From positions 29,294,995 to 29,358,994 of the forward strand of contig CM074523.1 in the NCBI GenBank assembly GCA_037379345.1: a DNA stretch of 64,000 nt, in the 5' to 3' direction. Source of the stretch: Perna viridis (taxonomy: Eukaryota). Positions 50,273 through 64,000 of this stretch are shown one piece after another; within the stretch, counting starts at the first letter, position 1; every line of letters starts with the position of its first letter. Below the pieces are notes generated by a model that saw only the letters and a program-made list of their open reading frames with translations, had not been told where the DNA came from and did not search any database. Position numbers and translations under genes: made by a program.

Positions 50273-53200
50273 TGGCACTTAATGATCTGATAAATGATTG
50301 GTATTGGTCTAAATGGTTCTGGGTAAATTGACAACCAACATTGTCTCGTCATTTTATGGTGGAATCAATGAGTCTGACTAGCACCATAATACACAGGTAA
50401 TTATTGACTTGGTTATTGTCCATGGTGGTTCTATATGACTTTAATTTTGACGATGTTAATGTTACATATCAATGCTGGCCAGGAATAGTTTACAAATGAA
50501 GTACCATTCTGTGTAAGAATCAGAAATCATTTTTAGTCAAATTTAGTCATTTTTGCCTAAAATATATTCAGTACATATAGAAAACAACTGAAAAGCTAGA
50601 TAATTAATCCTGAAGCATCTGTGGCATAGACATTTTTTTACTGCTTTTACAGGAAAAAAAGCGTGGGAAATTTTCCTGTCATTCTTCCATGGTGCATTTC
50701 AACTTAAATTGACCTCTCTTGAATCTTAAAAGGGAAAACTTTACACTTTGATGGTTGTTTCTGGAGTTTATGTGGCATAAATAATGCAAATAAACCTCTG
50801 CGTGTTTTTTCTTCATGTGCCAACACCTTGTATACATTTTGCCTGATTCTTAGACAGAGAAATACTTAAATCTTATGTTTTACAAATTTCAGCTTATTTA
50901 AGAATCCCTTATCTTATTGTCTCTAAATCTGTCCAAAAAATTTCAAAGTGAATTATTACCAAATTTTATAGTTTAATGATTCAAAACGAGTACTGGTATA
51001 ATAATACCTTGATAAAAACAATTTTGAATTTTTGTAGTTTTGGAAAGTTAATAGTCATAGAGATCCAAGATGTCATGGTTTATTCACAAAAAAAATAGTA
51101 CTAAGAATACAAAAGTATAAAAACACACACCTAAAAGTACATAGAAACAAAATTAAGCATAGATAATATAGTTTTGTGTTACACTGTGAATGATACAACA
51201 CTTTGATCAGAAATGAAATTTGTCTGGTTCTGTTTCAATTTGAACTTACTCAACTACAAACTACAACTCCTCTTACATCCACATGTAAAAATATAAGGCA
51301 AGATTGATATATAATCCATATAAAAAAACAATAAAAATTAGCAATATCACAGATTAAAGAAATGAATGCATAAATGAGTCTCCATCAAAACAAACCAGTC
51401 ATACAAATCAAAGTCCAAGCAAACCCAATAGTAGCATAAAATGAATTGGAGTTATCTTTCTTTGTATCTTTTAGTAAAAAAGTACAATATATTTCCTTGC
51501 TAGGATAGTATTTTTGTCAAACCTTGCAAAATTTTAAAACTTAGCCTTCAGAATAAAAGAAGGATGCTTGTTCAATTATTGTACAATACCGAACAGCAGA
51601 ATATATCTTGTCTATATGTAAACCTTTCATTGTGTTCACAGAAAGTTATTCATCTTTTATTGAATGTAGTCATGATATCACAATAATTTATGATGGAGTC
51701 ATAAATGATGTATATTATCACATTTAACTTTTGTGAATACTATTCAGGACTTTAACATTACCAGAAAGAAACTGTCATTAACTATATTCTAATATGGTAC
51801 ACAAATGAATATTTCAAATGTAAGTACAGTTGTACTCACATCCTTCTTCAACAAAATATCGAAATGTGCTAAGTTTTATACAAAAGTAAGGATTGACTAC
51901 AAATTAAAATATAGCACTAGCATGTCCCTATAAATATTCATGGCTTAAATTCAATTCTCCAATGGTTAAACAATCTAACATCATACATTTTGTATTACTT
52001 TCATTAAATTTTGTCATGTACTATGATAATTCATTTTTAATATCATTTCATCATGTTTGACACAATCAATAAAGCTCCAATGAGGTCTTATGTCAATTAA
52101 CAAAAAACAACAATTTTGTTTTCCAATAAAAAGAAGAAGAACTGATATATAAAGTATTAAATATAATATAGGGAAAAGTTAATATCTCACAATAAACTAA
52201 TTAATTACATTACGTTGGTATTGACATGGATTGACAAAGATTGAAATCTAAAACTGCATAGATATAGTGAAAAATGACAGGTTTTTATAATATTGAAGTT
52301 GACATTTTTGTTTGACAGTTTATTGGGGAAATAACTTAATTTCTAACCAGGTATTTTTAATGCTGATTATTTCCTTATGGTTTATTGTTTAGTATCTGTT
52401 GAAATGGATACCAATTTAAATGCAAATATTCATTTTTTCATTGAGGAAATGAAAGTTTATACAAATCCATTACCAAAAACTGTAACAACAAAATTTAGTA
52501 GGTAATAAAAAAAAACACACAAATGTGAACAATGCAAAAAATATATTTGTTTAATTTATTCAATTTACAAGCAGAAAACTCAAAAACTGAAATTGAACTT
52601 TCTGTAACTTTTTAAAGGTTTTTCTTTACTCATTTAGACCAAAAATATTTTATTAACAATGAAACAGATAGCATGTATACATCTCTTAGAGAAACCTTAA
52701 AGAAGCACTCCAGCTAAGAATCATGCAAAATGTGATAAATGGTTGGAAAATCTACATATTTTTATTTTTGATATTTTTTAAGAATGCTTTAAAAAAACAG
52801 ACTATATTATGTGGCTTTTCACAGAACCCTTATTCATAAAAGATAAAAATTACATACAATGCACTGTAGAATTCAAAATTAAAGCAGATAACTCTGTACT
52901 TAACAAACTGTTGATTTTCAATGTGAATTATCTTCTAAAAGCAGACAGATTAGAATGAATAATTATACATTTCATCATATAGACCTGTAAAGTAACTTTA
53001 TAACAAAAATAAAAATGTGTAGCCCCTTTTTTGGGTGTATCACATTTTATAGAATTTGCATGACTCTAATAAAGACTGCTACTTAAGTGACAAATAATAA
53101 CAGCTTAGTACAGAAGCCAGAATCACACATACACCTTAAATATGTATCATTTATCTACTAAGGAATACTATTTTGAAAAAAAAATCTTACTGCCTGCTAA

Positions 53201-53625
53201 TACTGTCTTTCTTTTCTTGTCAAAAAATTTTCAATAAGCATTTTGAGTTATACAAGATCTGCGTTTAAATTACAGAGTGTTACATATCTTTATTGAAAAC
53301 TATAAAAAAAGACCTCACAAACTTCAAATGACATCCTCCAAAAACTTATTTCATCATGTAATTTTTCTTTGGAATTTTCATACAAAACACAGCTACATAC
53401 ATGTACAATACGTAATCACTACATGTAACAGTAAATGTCTTTGATCTTTCTCAACCACTGTATAGATGTAGAAATATTCTTCTGGGCCATGCGTAGTAGC
53501 CAAGATCTATCTCTTTGCCCTAGGATTTGATCCCAAGGAATGAACTTATTATGACATGGTCATGCAAAAGTTTGTCTGAGATTACAATAATAGTACTATC
53601 ATAAAACACCTAAATGACCCTGATA

Positions 53626-53847
<222 letters not shown>

Positions 53848-54274
53848 TTAAAAGCAGACCAAAACTATTTCAGTACCACCATTTTCCAGCAGTATATTAG
53901 TGGCTTTAGCACATATAAAACAAAGTACAAGAAGGAATTGTACTCATAAATCATATTTTATTTCACTTCTTTCGATGTCAGTATCTTTCAAAAAAGAAGC
54001 CTTAATTGGTGGTATTAATACCACTTTTATAAAGTGGTCATGTACCTGTATGTACATTTGTATGTAGTTTTCATCCTTTAACTGTTTTTATTTATTAGTG
54101 TCTTACATGAAGACTGCACATGTGTGTGCAAAGAAAGACATTTAATCATGCTCAAGTTTCAGTCAGACAGCAATGTGGTGTTCCCCTTGTAAACTTCTAT
54201 TATCAAACCTTACTATGATTCAGTAAGGAAGATAACATCACTACTGATTATAACATCAGTTTCTATACACTTAC

Positions 54275-54965
54275 CTGTATGTGTTCTAAGATGTGCTTTC
54301 AGGTGCGAACTTTTGGTATAAACTTTTTTACATCCTGTATAAGGACATTTGTGGTTCCTTCTACGCATATCGGGACTAACATCTGTACGAAGTTTGCCAT
54401 TCAGTGCCACAGGAGGGCGCTGTTGAAGTGGTTGAGCTGTGTATGGTCTAGGTCTGCCATTGGGACTTGTGATATAGTAGCGTTGATGACGCACCATTTC
54501 AGTTTGAGGTATTCGTACGGCCACTGTCGTTGTACGACCTGGCTGAGCAACAAGTCTTAGTGCAAATGGGTCATTACATGAAGAAGATTTAGGAATTATG
54601 GGAGATGATGGCGGATCACTATTATTACTATCCCATGAAACACCACTTGACGCTGAACTAAAACTATGTAAACTAATCCGATCTGAACATGGATCGTTTA
54701 AATTTAAATGTGCCAGTTGTTGAAGTCTATCCTCCGTCTCTGTTTCATTGCCATCATCGTCATCATCACTATCTTCATCAGAAACATCATACTCATCAAA
54801 GTCTGTCAATCGTAAGCCATTTTCGTCTTTCATTTCTACACGAATGCTGTCAGGTGCTGCATACTTTGAATCACAATTTTCATCCCAAGGATGTGAATCC
54901 TTTAACTTTTTGTAGGATGTTAATTTTGGTTCACTTTTCAAATACCTTTCCATCTCCAGACAATT
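54275..54965 (-). CDS. KLF7: Krueppel-like factor 6/7 (luna), internal exon (acidic/Ser-rich region and zinc finger 1); first exon not found in the window
   Basis: [14 protein letters not shown] (KLF6/7-type motif) and [31 protein letters not shown]; TTTCAG acceptor and G|GTAAG donor. Confidence 0.92.
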
Positions 54966-57900
54966 CTGAAACAAATAAAAGAAACTGAATAAAGATTTGT
55001 TGTAAATAAATATATAAATCCTTTAGACATAATGTTATTTATGCATATTTTACTGTGTAAAGTGTCACCCATGTCAATATTCAGGTTTTAGCTAAAAATT
55101 TTATAGACTGTAGTCACATGTAAACCACTACCCTTGGTTGAGCAAATTTCCTTTTTATGTAATTCCTTTTATTCAGCAAAAGTAAATAAAGACAAAAAAA
55201 AAAAAAAAGAAAAAAGAAAGAGAGCTTTGAAATTTTTACTTCAATCTTGATTTCATTGTTTTCTCTCATCAAGATTCAGCACATAGTTCTATAAACAGCA
55301 AGACAAAGATATCAGGATTATATGTGCAATATAAGTTGGTTCATATACACACTTGTAAAATGGGATTTATTCTGTTGGGGTGTAAAGAAATTAAAACATA
55401 AATAAAATACATAAAGTACTACTGTGTCTTACAATCAGGTAAAATGTGTATAAGGTGTGGCATATGAAGAAAAAATTGTAACATTTTATCAAATTTTCCA
55501 AGCATTTATACCACATAATAGTCAACTGCCAGAAATAACTATCAAAGTGTTTGTAAAGTTTGCCTTTTTAAGATAATGAAAGTTGAAATACACAAATTGA
55601 AAATGGTGGGAAAAACATTCCTGCACTTTTCCCTATATCAGCAGTCAAAAATATCACAGACACTATAGGATAAATTAAAATAGCTTTTCAGTTGTTTCCT
55701 ACTGAATACTGAGAAAAATCATCGCCTGATTCTTACACAGATTGGTACCAGACTAAAACATGACAAAAATAACTGTGTTTCCTTACAGTGAAACAGATAG
55801 AAGACTGGTACCTGTAGTTTAAAAAAAAAAGTATCTAAGGATTGCAAAAAAAAAAAAAAAAAAAATTCCAAGTATATATGTAAGCCTCTTCAACTGTAAG
55901 CTACAGACCATGAAAGACTAATACTATTATAGGAATCTTAACTCACATCAAAAATCAGTATTGTGTCTTCAGGGTAATACAGAAAGAAGCAAGTCAGATG
56001 GCATGTAATAGGATCTCATCAAAATTCATCTTTCATATGTAATTTAATTTTCTCTGCTAGAAGGACCTTGTAATATAATACTTAGAACATGAAATAAAGA
56101 AATTTTAATGAGATTTTAAGAGTAGCAATGATCTTTGAACAATATGGCAATGACCCAGTTTTCAAGTTTATATAAAAGAATTTTTAGAGAAATCGAACTA
56201 CATTTATTGTGAGCAGGCTGAACTCAGAACATGTATACCCTTAAGTTGATATATACACTTGATAATATTTTTTTTCTTTCAACATTTATGTACATATACA
56301 ATATAAAGAATGATATGAAATCTTCATATAAATTTTCATCAGAATCTAATAAACATTTAAAAGGAGTTGTCCACCCTTTGAACAGATTGGGATATATCAC
56401 ATTCAAAAGACAGGAGCACGAACGGAGTTAGAAATTAGACTAATATGTCTCTTTTAGAATGTATATGATTTATTCCAAATCAGAAGATCTAAGAATTGGT
56501 ATAATTATTTATTACTTTTTCTTTTTTTCCTAGAGATTAAAGACTTTTTGGATCTGACTAAATACCATTAAAACTTCAGACAAAATTCCATCATGTTTAT
56601 ACTTCAGTCATCAGTATACAGCCTTGTAATGACTAGTTGTTTTATGATCAGGTCGTGTTTCAAAGGAAGCTAAAGGACTAATGAATGAGAGAAAAAACTG
56701 ATATTACAGATTATAAAGTAGGCTTCAAATATTGTTCACAAAAAACCTCATCATCAATGATCTATAATCAGTTGTTCCACATCTTTGTAATAAGCATACT
56801 ATAATTTTGTTCCAAGAAAATATTTATGATGTTACAGCAAAAAGACAAAATATGACAATTTTTTTTATGCATCATTATAAAACCAAGACAAGATAGACTG
56901 ACTTGGAATAACTGGTATCACACACATAATAAATATGTTTAAATATGTTATGTAAAAACAAATATCTCATGTTTTGAAGAAACATTCATTACAGCTTACT
57001 GTATCTTCATTACCTGCCATGCCAGACTTTTAAGTGAAGGCAAAAACTAACAAAAATCATAACTTTCAAGAATTCAATAACTGCTTGATCATAGGTGATA
57101 CTGCTGGCCATTGACAAAGAGTGTGATAAGTGTAACCATATTTGTGTTGAATCATAACTTCTTAGTTTTTTTAAAATGCCTGCTTATGAAGTATGGAGAA
57201 GTCTTGACCAACTTCATATCTAATTTAAGATGCATGGTTTATAGAATTAACAAAATTTATGGAAGACCTTCAGAAACAAATAACATCACTGATCCAGGGA
57301 AGTACATAATAACATAACAAACTAGTTCAAGGATTAAGAATGGATTTAAGCACAACATATATATATATATATTGATGATTGAATAAAAATCAAACCATCT
57401 GGAGCAAAAAACCTACTGATAACATACTACACCTAACTTCTACTATTTTATCATTAGAAAAGAAACCTTACAAGAAAATCTGTCACCACCACCATTCTAC
57501 TTTGATTGAGGTTACCCACGCAGTAAGTAAACTATGTATATGATTATAACACCTACACTGGCATGTGAATGGCAAAATCACATGAGACGTAATGGAAAAA
57601 TAAAACAACAAAAAATAACATTATTTTAAAACCACTCAATAAATAAATAATTCAATACTCCGAAAACAAAGGAGGGTGTGTGGGTAAAAGGACCAGACTT
57701 AAAGCATGAAACTTAAAACCCCACTATCATTAAAATACATATGACCTTTTAACACTTAGTAATCCTGAAAAAAACAACATGATCTCTTACATAGCATTAT
57801 AAGGTTATAATGATTGAAATATGTTACATGTCATAGACCAAAGTTTACCTTGTAAATCTATACTGTCATTCCAGATAATAGTGTCTATTTATTACCAGCT

Positions 57901-59131
57901 TTTCTCCAAATATTAATACAATAATATATAACATACCTTTTCTCTTTTTATGACCATACAATGACAAAAAAACAAAACAAAAAACAAAAAAAAAATAAAA
58001 CAACAAAACCGTATCCTTTCAGTTACATAAAGATACTTGTTGAAAGTGAAGCAGTTATTGGATGCATTTATTATGGTAACTCCAGTCATTTTTAGTACTA
58101 ATACCTAAATTTACTGAAGTTAACATAAAATCATATGTACTTACCATAAATACTACATCGCATTCTTACTTTAAAAAACTCATGAGAGTCACAACAAAGT
58201 TATTTTCTCAACCCTATTTAAAAAGAAAACATTGACAGGCTTGCAAGCAATGACAAAATTGTTCACATTACTTTGATACACAACATGTGATTAACCTTAC
58301 ACTCAATCAAGGGGAAATAACTCTAAATTACCAAACCAGTTGAATCATAAATACCTGCGAGACATGTCAAAATAACTGATATTACAACAAAGTTTACATC
58401 ATAGGACTAATTAAATGCTAGTGTCAAAGGTCATTTCCTGATCAATTATCTATAATACCTATAGGGTAACAGACAATGCCACAAAAATGTATTACAGAGG
58501 TGTTATAGGGGCACAAAGGGGGACTGACAAATGATAATTGGCAATACAAGACAAAGATACAAGAAACCACTTCAGCAGTAGTTATATACCTATGGACAAT
58601 GCTGCTGTACCACAAAGGAAACATCGATCAAAATATTTCAATTTTATGAAGGAAAAATATTGTATCAGCTTTTTCTTGTTAAGAAAATTATCACATACAG
58701 ACAAGATTCCCACGAAGAACCCTACACTATATTCAATACATTCGGGAATCGTTCACAATATTCAATACAAAAATATTCTATTATGAATACACTGACTGAA
58801 TGAATATTTATGTGGGCTGATTTGAGGAAATTATCACTTAATCAAATCAATATCAGTTTACATTAAAAATACAATCAAGGTAATAACAAAACAGTATAAT
58901 TGTTTAATATCAGACATTGATTGAAGTCAATTTTTACATGACCTTGACAATGAAAAGAATGTAAAATAGAAATATGTAGGGAGTGATGCCAAATAAATCA
59001 ACAGACTAAGAAATGATACAAACCACAACAATACTGATAAACTTTAAGGTAAAAAATATCAAAAGGTTTATAATTAATATACACATGTATATACACTAAT
59101 AAATAAAACACAGATTTTAATAAATCCCATG

Positions 59132-59641
59132 ACCCCGTGCAGGTCCGGGTGTTAAAAGAATAGGCCTGCAGTAGCGCTAAGCTTGTCGTAAAAGGTGACT
59201 AAATAGTGCTCAGAAACCTAGCCGGGGGCTAGGCGCTCTGCCCACAGAGCAACTGGGATGTGTGCCCCAGGTGGTGGAATGGGGTACCCCTGGCGTGTTA
59301 CATGCTGGGGTGGTCAGGCTATAATACGGAAAACCTGACCGCAAACCATAGTGGTGCACCGTGTTGGGAAAGATGCCACGTTCCTCGCACGTTAAAGAAC
59401 CCTGCTGTGGTATTCGATAGGAGTAGGAACCTTTGCGCTTCGCTACAGGAGGCTGAATTGCCCGACCATACCCATCCCCCTTTTTCCAGTGGCAATCAAA
59501 ATTTGTCGACCCTATTATCCTTGTGACCCATTCTTTTTTTTTTTCATTTCATGTTCATTTTATCATCCATTTCATGTTCATTGTCTGAATATAGCGGAAA
59601 TATTGCTGCTCGGACGTTAAACCCCAACAAACCAACAAACA
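59132..59641 (+). mobile_element. SINE-like element with a structured non-tRNA head and Meta-domain signature (copy 2, full length)
   Basis: 13-bp TSD AATAAATCCCATG at 59119-59131 and 59642-59654; (CAAAC)n-like tail; homologous to 21604-22080. Confidence 0.88.
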
Positions 59642-60084
59642 AATAAATCCCATGCAAGTATGGCATAATCTGATACCATGACTAATCATCAACTAATAAT
59701 GTGTTCAAAGATGTATCCATTTCAACCTAGGACCTGATTCAAAGTTTTAAAGTCTAAGGAATACACCTGGCCATATTTTCATAGTCGATTTTTATATTTT
59801 CATTTGCACTTTGTCATCATGGATATAGAAAACATGCTTTGACATTTGTAGGATGTTTATGCATACATAATAATATACTTCTATAAAAAAAAATTATAAT
59901 ATGTCTGTGAAAATATCAAAGTCATTTCATTACATCATTGTAAATGAAAAGGGTGAATTCCTGGTGTTGGATTATGTAAGAAGACTACAATTTACTCCTA
60001 CAGAGATATTCATTTTATGATGACAGCAAACATATAGTTGTCAAAAAATTTACATAGAATTAATTATGCAGTGTAGCCCGAACG

Positions 60085-60480
60085 GTAGGCAATCTATGGT
60101 CAACTGGCAGAAATCTATGGACAATTAATGGTCAACTGGCAGAAATCTATGGACGATTAATGGTCAACTGGCAGAAATCCATGGACAATTAATGGTCAAC
60201 TGCAAGGCAACCCATGCTCAACTGTCAGGCAATTCATGATTTGCTGCCAAGCAATGTATGGTCAACAGCCAGGCAATCCATGGTCAAATACCAGGCAATG
60301 TATAGTCAACTGTCAGGCAATCCATGGTCTACTGCCAAGCAATCCACATTCAACTGTCAGGCAATCCATGATCAACTGCCGGGCAATATATGGTCAGGCA
60401 ATTTATGGTCATCAGAAGGGCAAACACGGTAACAGACTGGCAATCCAGTCAACTAGCAAACCACCTCAAGTCTGCTGATG
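60085..60480. repeat. Degenerate ~22-31-bp minisatellite
   Basis: ATGGTCAACTG(T/G)CAGGCAATCC units. Confidence 0.75.
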
Positions 60481-63239
60481 GGCAATTATAAGTCAGATAG
60501 GTAGTCCATTTCTACTAATTAATTGCCTAATCACAAGGACTTTGCAGGCAATGTAAATCATTTTTTGAGCAAACATGCCACTAAGTTTACAAAATACTAT
60601 TTATACCTGATTTGCATTGATTTGACACATTTAAATAAGATAAGTATCATGGTAAAGATATTAATGACAAACGAAGGCAAAACATCAGCTCATGGACAAT
60701 CTGTGGTCAACTGATGGACAATCCAAGGTTAACTTTGGGAACTGATGGGCAATTCTAAGTACACTGACAGGCAATCTATTGCCAGTTTGTCAGTACAACC
60801 CATAAACATAAATTTCTTCATATCATTAAATCATTGTATTTTTAAACAATTATTGAGTTAAAAACTGTGAGTTCACTTTTGCAAAATTTTCAGTTACCCC
60901 AGCGATAAATTTATATCAATTGTTTCCATGAAAATAAACAGGATAATACAGTACAAATGAATAATGGACCAGACTTAAAGACCACTCAAGTTTTTATTAA
61001 TCTCAAAGTTTGAACACCACTTAATGAAGGTTAGGATTTGAACTTCTAACAAATGGATCCATTTCAAAGGCAAAGAAAGAGAAAATAGGTCTAGATAAAT
61101 AACATAGTACATTCAGATCAAGTCAATCAATGAATTTTCAAGTGATAAAATCTAAATCTGGCTATTTAATTTTCTTTAGGCTACTAAGATTAAGACTACT
61201 GTTCAATTAAATACTTTACACACAACTAATGATTATACAAACAGTAATCCCAATAATATAATTCTAACCAGTGGTGACCAGCACTTTAAAAGCTTTTGAC
61301 CAGCTTAATAGGCAAGACCACGCTGAGAAGAGGGTCTACTAACAGACAATTATACCCAACCCTCAGAGATAAGGGCTAATCCATATCTAACCTCTTCATT
61401 TGAAAAGTACAAACAGCATTTATATATTTATAAATCTAAGGTAATTAAGCATGATAAGTGGAATATTATACCAGCATGGAGGTCAAGATAACTAGTATTG
61501 CAGTAAACCTAATAGTACTGCATGATAATTTTTGTCAACCTCTCAACCTTTATGTTGTAAATGGAAATCAATGAAAGTATGGTATGTTGAAAATTTGAGG
61601 CAAGTAAAAGTAATGAGAAACATTTAAAAAAAAATGTTCATATGCCAAATGAAAGAGCTGTATTATTTCTAAGGTTACTTTTGATTTGAATTTCATATGG
61701 AATTTCCCTATCAGTCTTCCTATTTCAAACTTGATCTAGATGCTATAACCTTCTCTTATTAACAAGAGAGACAAAACAGGAACAAAATAGACTTTTTATC
61801 AACAAATCATCTATATATAACCAAATCCTTTCGGAAATAATCATATCCAAGTGTTGAGTTACTTCCCTTTCTGAAGAGCTCTTCAGTCATTAAAGGAATA
61901 AAACTGTTATTGACCTGAACTTGACCTGAGATTTTAATTCATAGTAAAATGAAATTATACAATAATTTAATTAAGAAACTTCATATACTACATGTACATT
62001 ATGTTTAAATTGAGGAAGTTGTACTTTCTGACAATTCTACATGATCCGTACAAAATAAAAAGTTTTGTAAAGTCTACATCCAGGTGCCCTAAAATACCAT
62101 TTCCTGTAAAATGAGGACTGCTGATCAGGACCTTAATAATCTTTAGTAATATTTTGCATAAGTTTGACAAAGCAGAAACAGTCTCCATAAGAGGCCATAC
62201 CATTCCAGTTTATGAATCACTGAATGTATTACATTCTATAAACCATGGGGTTCAATTTTTTTCATAGAGATGTAGGTCCTACACTTTTCAAAGTTCATTA
62301 TCAATAGACAGAAAATCAGAAGTCCATAAAACAGCTGAAGGTCTAGCACCTAGGTAAATGAAAGGTCCAAGGCCAGACATAAAGGGTTACCAATAGTTTG
62401 AACCCCTGATTAAACAGTTGTTACCCCTATCAATACAAGTTCCTATATATATACCATTGAAAATCTTCAAATATAGAAACCCCGCAACTCTTAATATTTT
62501 ACGTGTCAATTATGCAACAATTCATTTTTTTAACTTAGAAATTAATAAATTCATTTTTTAGGAAGTTTGCCATACATTTAACTTGAGAGGTACATGTCCA
62601 CTGACCTTCAATTCTGTAAAAACAAACAGAAAAGAACTGAAATATTCTTAAGTTACTCTTTTACAGAATTTACCAGAATTCCATATGTCAAACTATTTTC
62701 AACAATGATTTCTATGATCAAAATAAAATGATAATTAAACTCATTTATAAGCAATAACTCTAGAGCTTAACAATGTAACTGGATCACTTGGAGATTCTCT
62801 CATTAAATTCGATACAACATGCACTATAAACTTAGAACTGAAACATGTATGACATGGAGTGAAATCATACTGCTGCATAAAATGAAATAAAATATAATAA
62901 GAAAAGTGTATGTTCTTTTAGATACAAAAGGGATATGTCAAGCTTTTTGTTAGGAAGAAAAGAGTATAAATAGTGTTACAAATAACTGATATGAAAACTA
63001 TAAAAGATGTCATAAGGATGTATTAGATTCAAACAAAAGGAAGAAAACAGTGATATGACACATTAACAAAAAAATGCCCAAATAACTTCTGTAATTAGAC
63101 AGTCTGAACACAAGACAGGTATCATCTATATCATACTAAAGAAAATAACCTGTCATCTTATAGGATTTTTATCTTCATCTATTTTTTTAAAATGATCAAT
63201 GTTTTTATTTTGAAAAATTCAAATTACTCCTAAAATTCA

Positions 63240-63392
63240 TAGCTGTACTGGTGTCATACACCTACAGTTTTGTATGTATAATCCATGGTTGTATTGGCAT
63301 CCTACATCTACAGTTTTGATGTAGAATCCATGGTTGTACTGGCATCCTACACCAATGGTTTTGTACATATAATCCATGGTGGTACTGGCATC
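63240..63392. repeat. ~48-bp tandem repeat, 3 copies
   Basis: AATCCATGGTTGTACTGGCATCCTACA..GTTTTG. Confidence 0.65.
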
Positions 63393-64000
63393 CAATTTAT
63401 TTTCACTGATACTTCTGATACTTATTTTTGATGTCAGATCTGCTACTTATGGTTGTATAATGATGAGACTTATGCATAGCAAAAATCTTATCATTTTTGT
63501 TTTCTTGCTCACAACAGCAGCAAAAGAATTAAAAAAAAGTAAAAAATAACAGCACTTTCAGAAGATTTTTGTCTCCATGTTTAGGTGATTGACATTCTCC
63601 TACAACTTTAATATCTGAAGGAATTTGTCAACTTGAGAAAGATGTTTACATCTTTGTATATTTCATATTCCACAAAACAAAACAAGATATTCTTTCACTT
63701 AACCCAGATTGTAGAGATGCATTAAGATAGGAAGGAATATGATTCAAGGTTAAAGTGATTAAAATCCTATAATACACCTCTTAACATCCTTGAAAAATGT
63801 CATCAAAGTCAGGATGTTAATAGCCTTATAGACTTTTACAATTAATATGATACAATAAAGATCACATAATTATCAGCAGTAATCAGTTACTGACATAGCT
63901 TTTTGATCTATACCTGCATCAATATCAACCATGAAGAAGAAAGCAATTCAAATATAGGAATTTACCTTTGAGGGTACTAATACCTTATTGTGGTAATATC

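Noticed and set aside
54279-54988. Plus-strand ORFs overlapping the KLF exon, and antisense ORFs over the LRAT genes and gag
   Set aside because: Shadow ORFs of real coding sequence with no recognisable motifs.
55000-64000. KLF6/7 first exon or other genes in the last 9 kb
   Set aside because: No KLF6/7 N-terminal motif or credible exon was found; the region reads as intron.

Overview
AT-rich eukaryotic genomic DNA with spliceosomal introns, most likely from a bivalve mollusc (V- and Meta-type SINEs, Naiad Penelope-like retroelements, a DZIP3-type HEPN gene). Host genes from left to right: (1) a minus-strand exon encoding a DZIP3/hRUL138-like HEPN domain, with a 1-nt frameshift in a homopolymer; (2) a 3-exon secreted PAN/apple-like + C-type lectin gene; (3) two tandem 2-exon genes for ~100-110 aa proteins made of a signal peptide, two EF-hands and an ER-retrieval signal (HTEL, HDEL), resembling the FKBP7/14 C-terminus without the PPIase domain; (4) two tandem paralogous LRAT/NC-domain (permuted NlpC/P60) genes with Ser in place of the catalytic Cys; (5) the last two coding exons of a KLF6/7 (luna) zinc-finger gene on the minus strand. 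The rest is dense with repeats: about 11 fragments of one Naiad PLE family plus a second Naiad family that keeps an N-terminal GIY-YIG, CR1/L2-type LINE remnants, a 1.55-kb gag-only LTR element, SINEs, MITEs and many minisatellites. Most short ORFs in the track are spurious or TE-derived. All family assignments are from motif recognition by eye, not from database searches.
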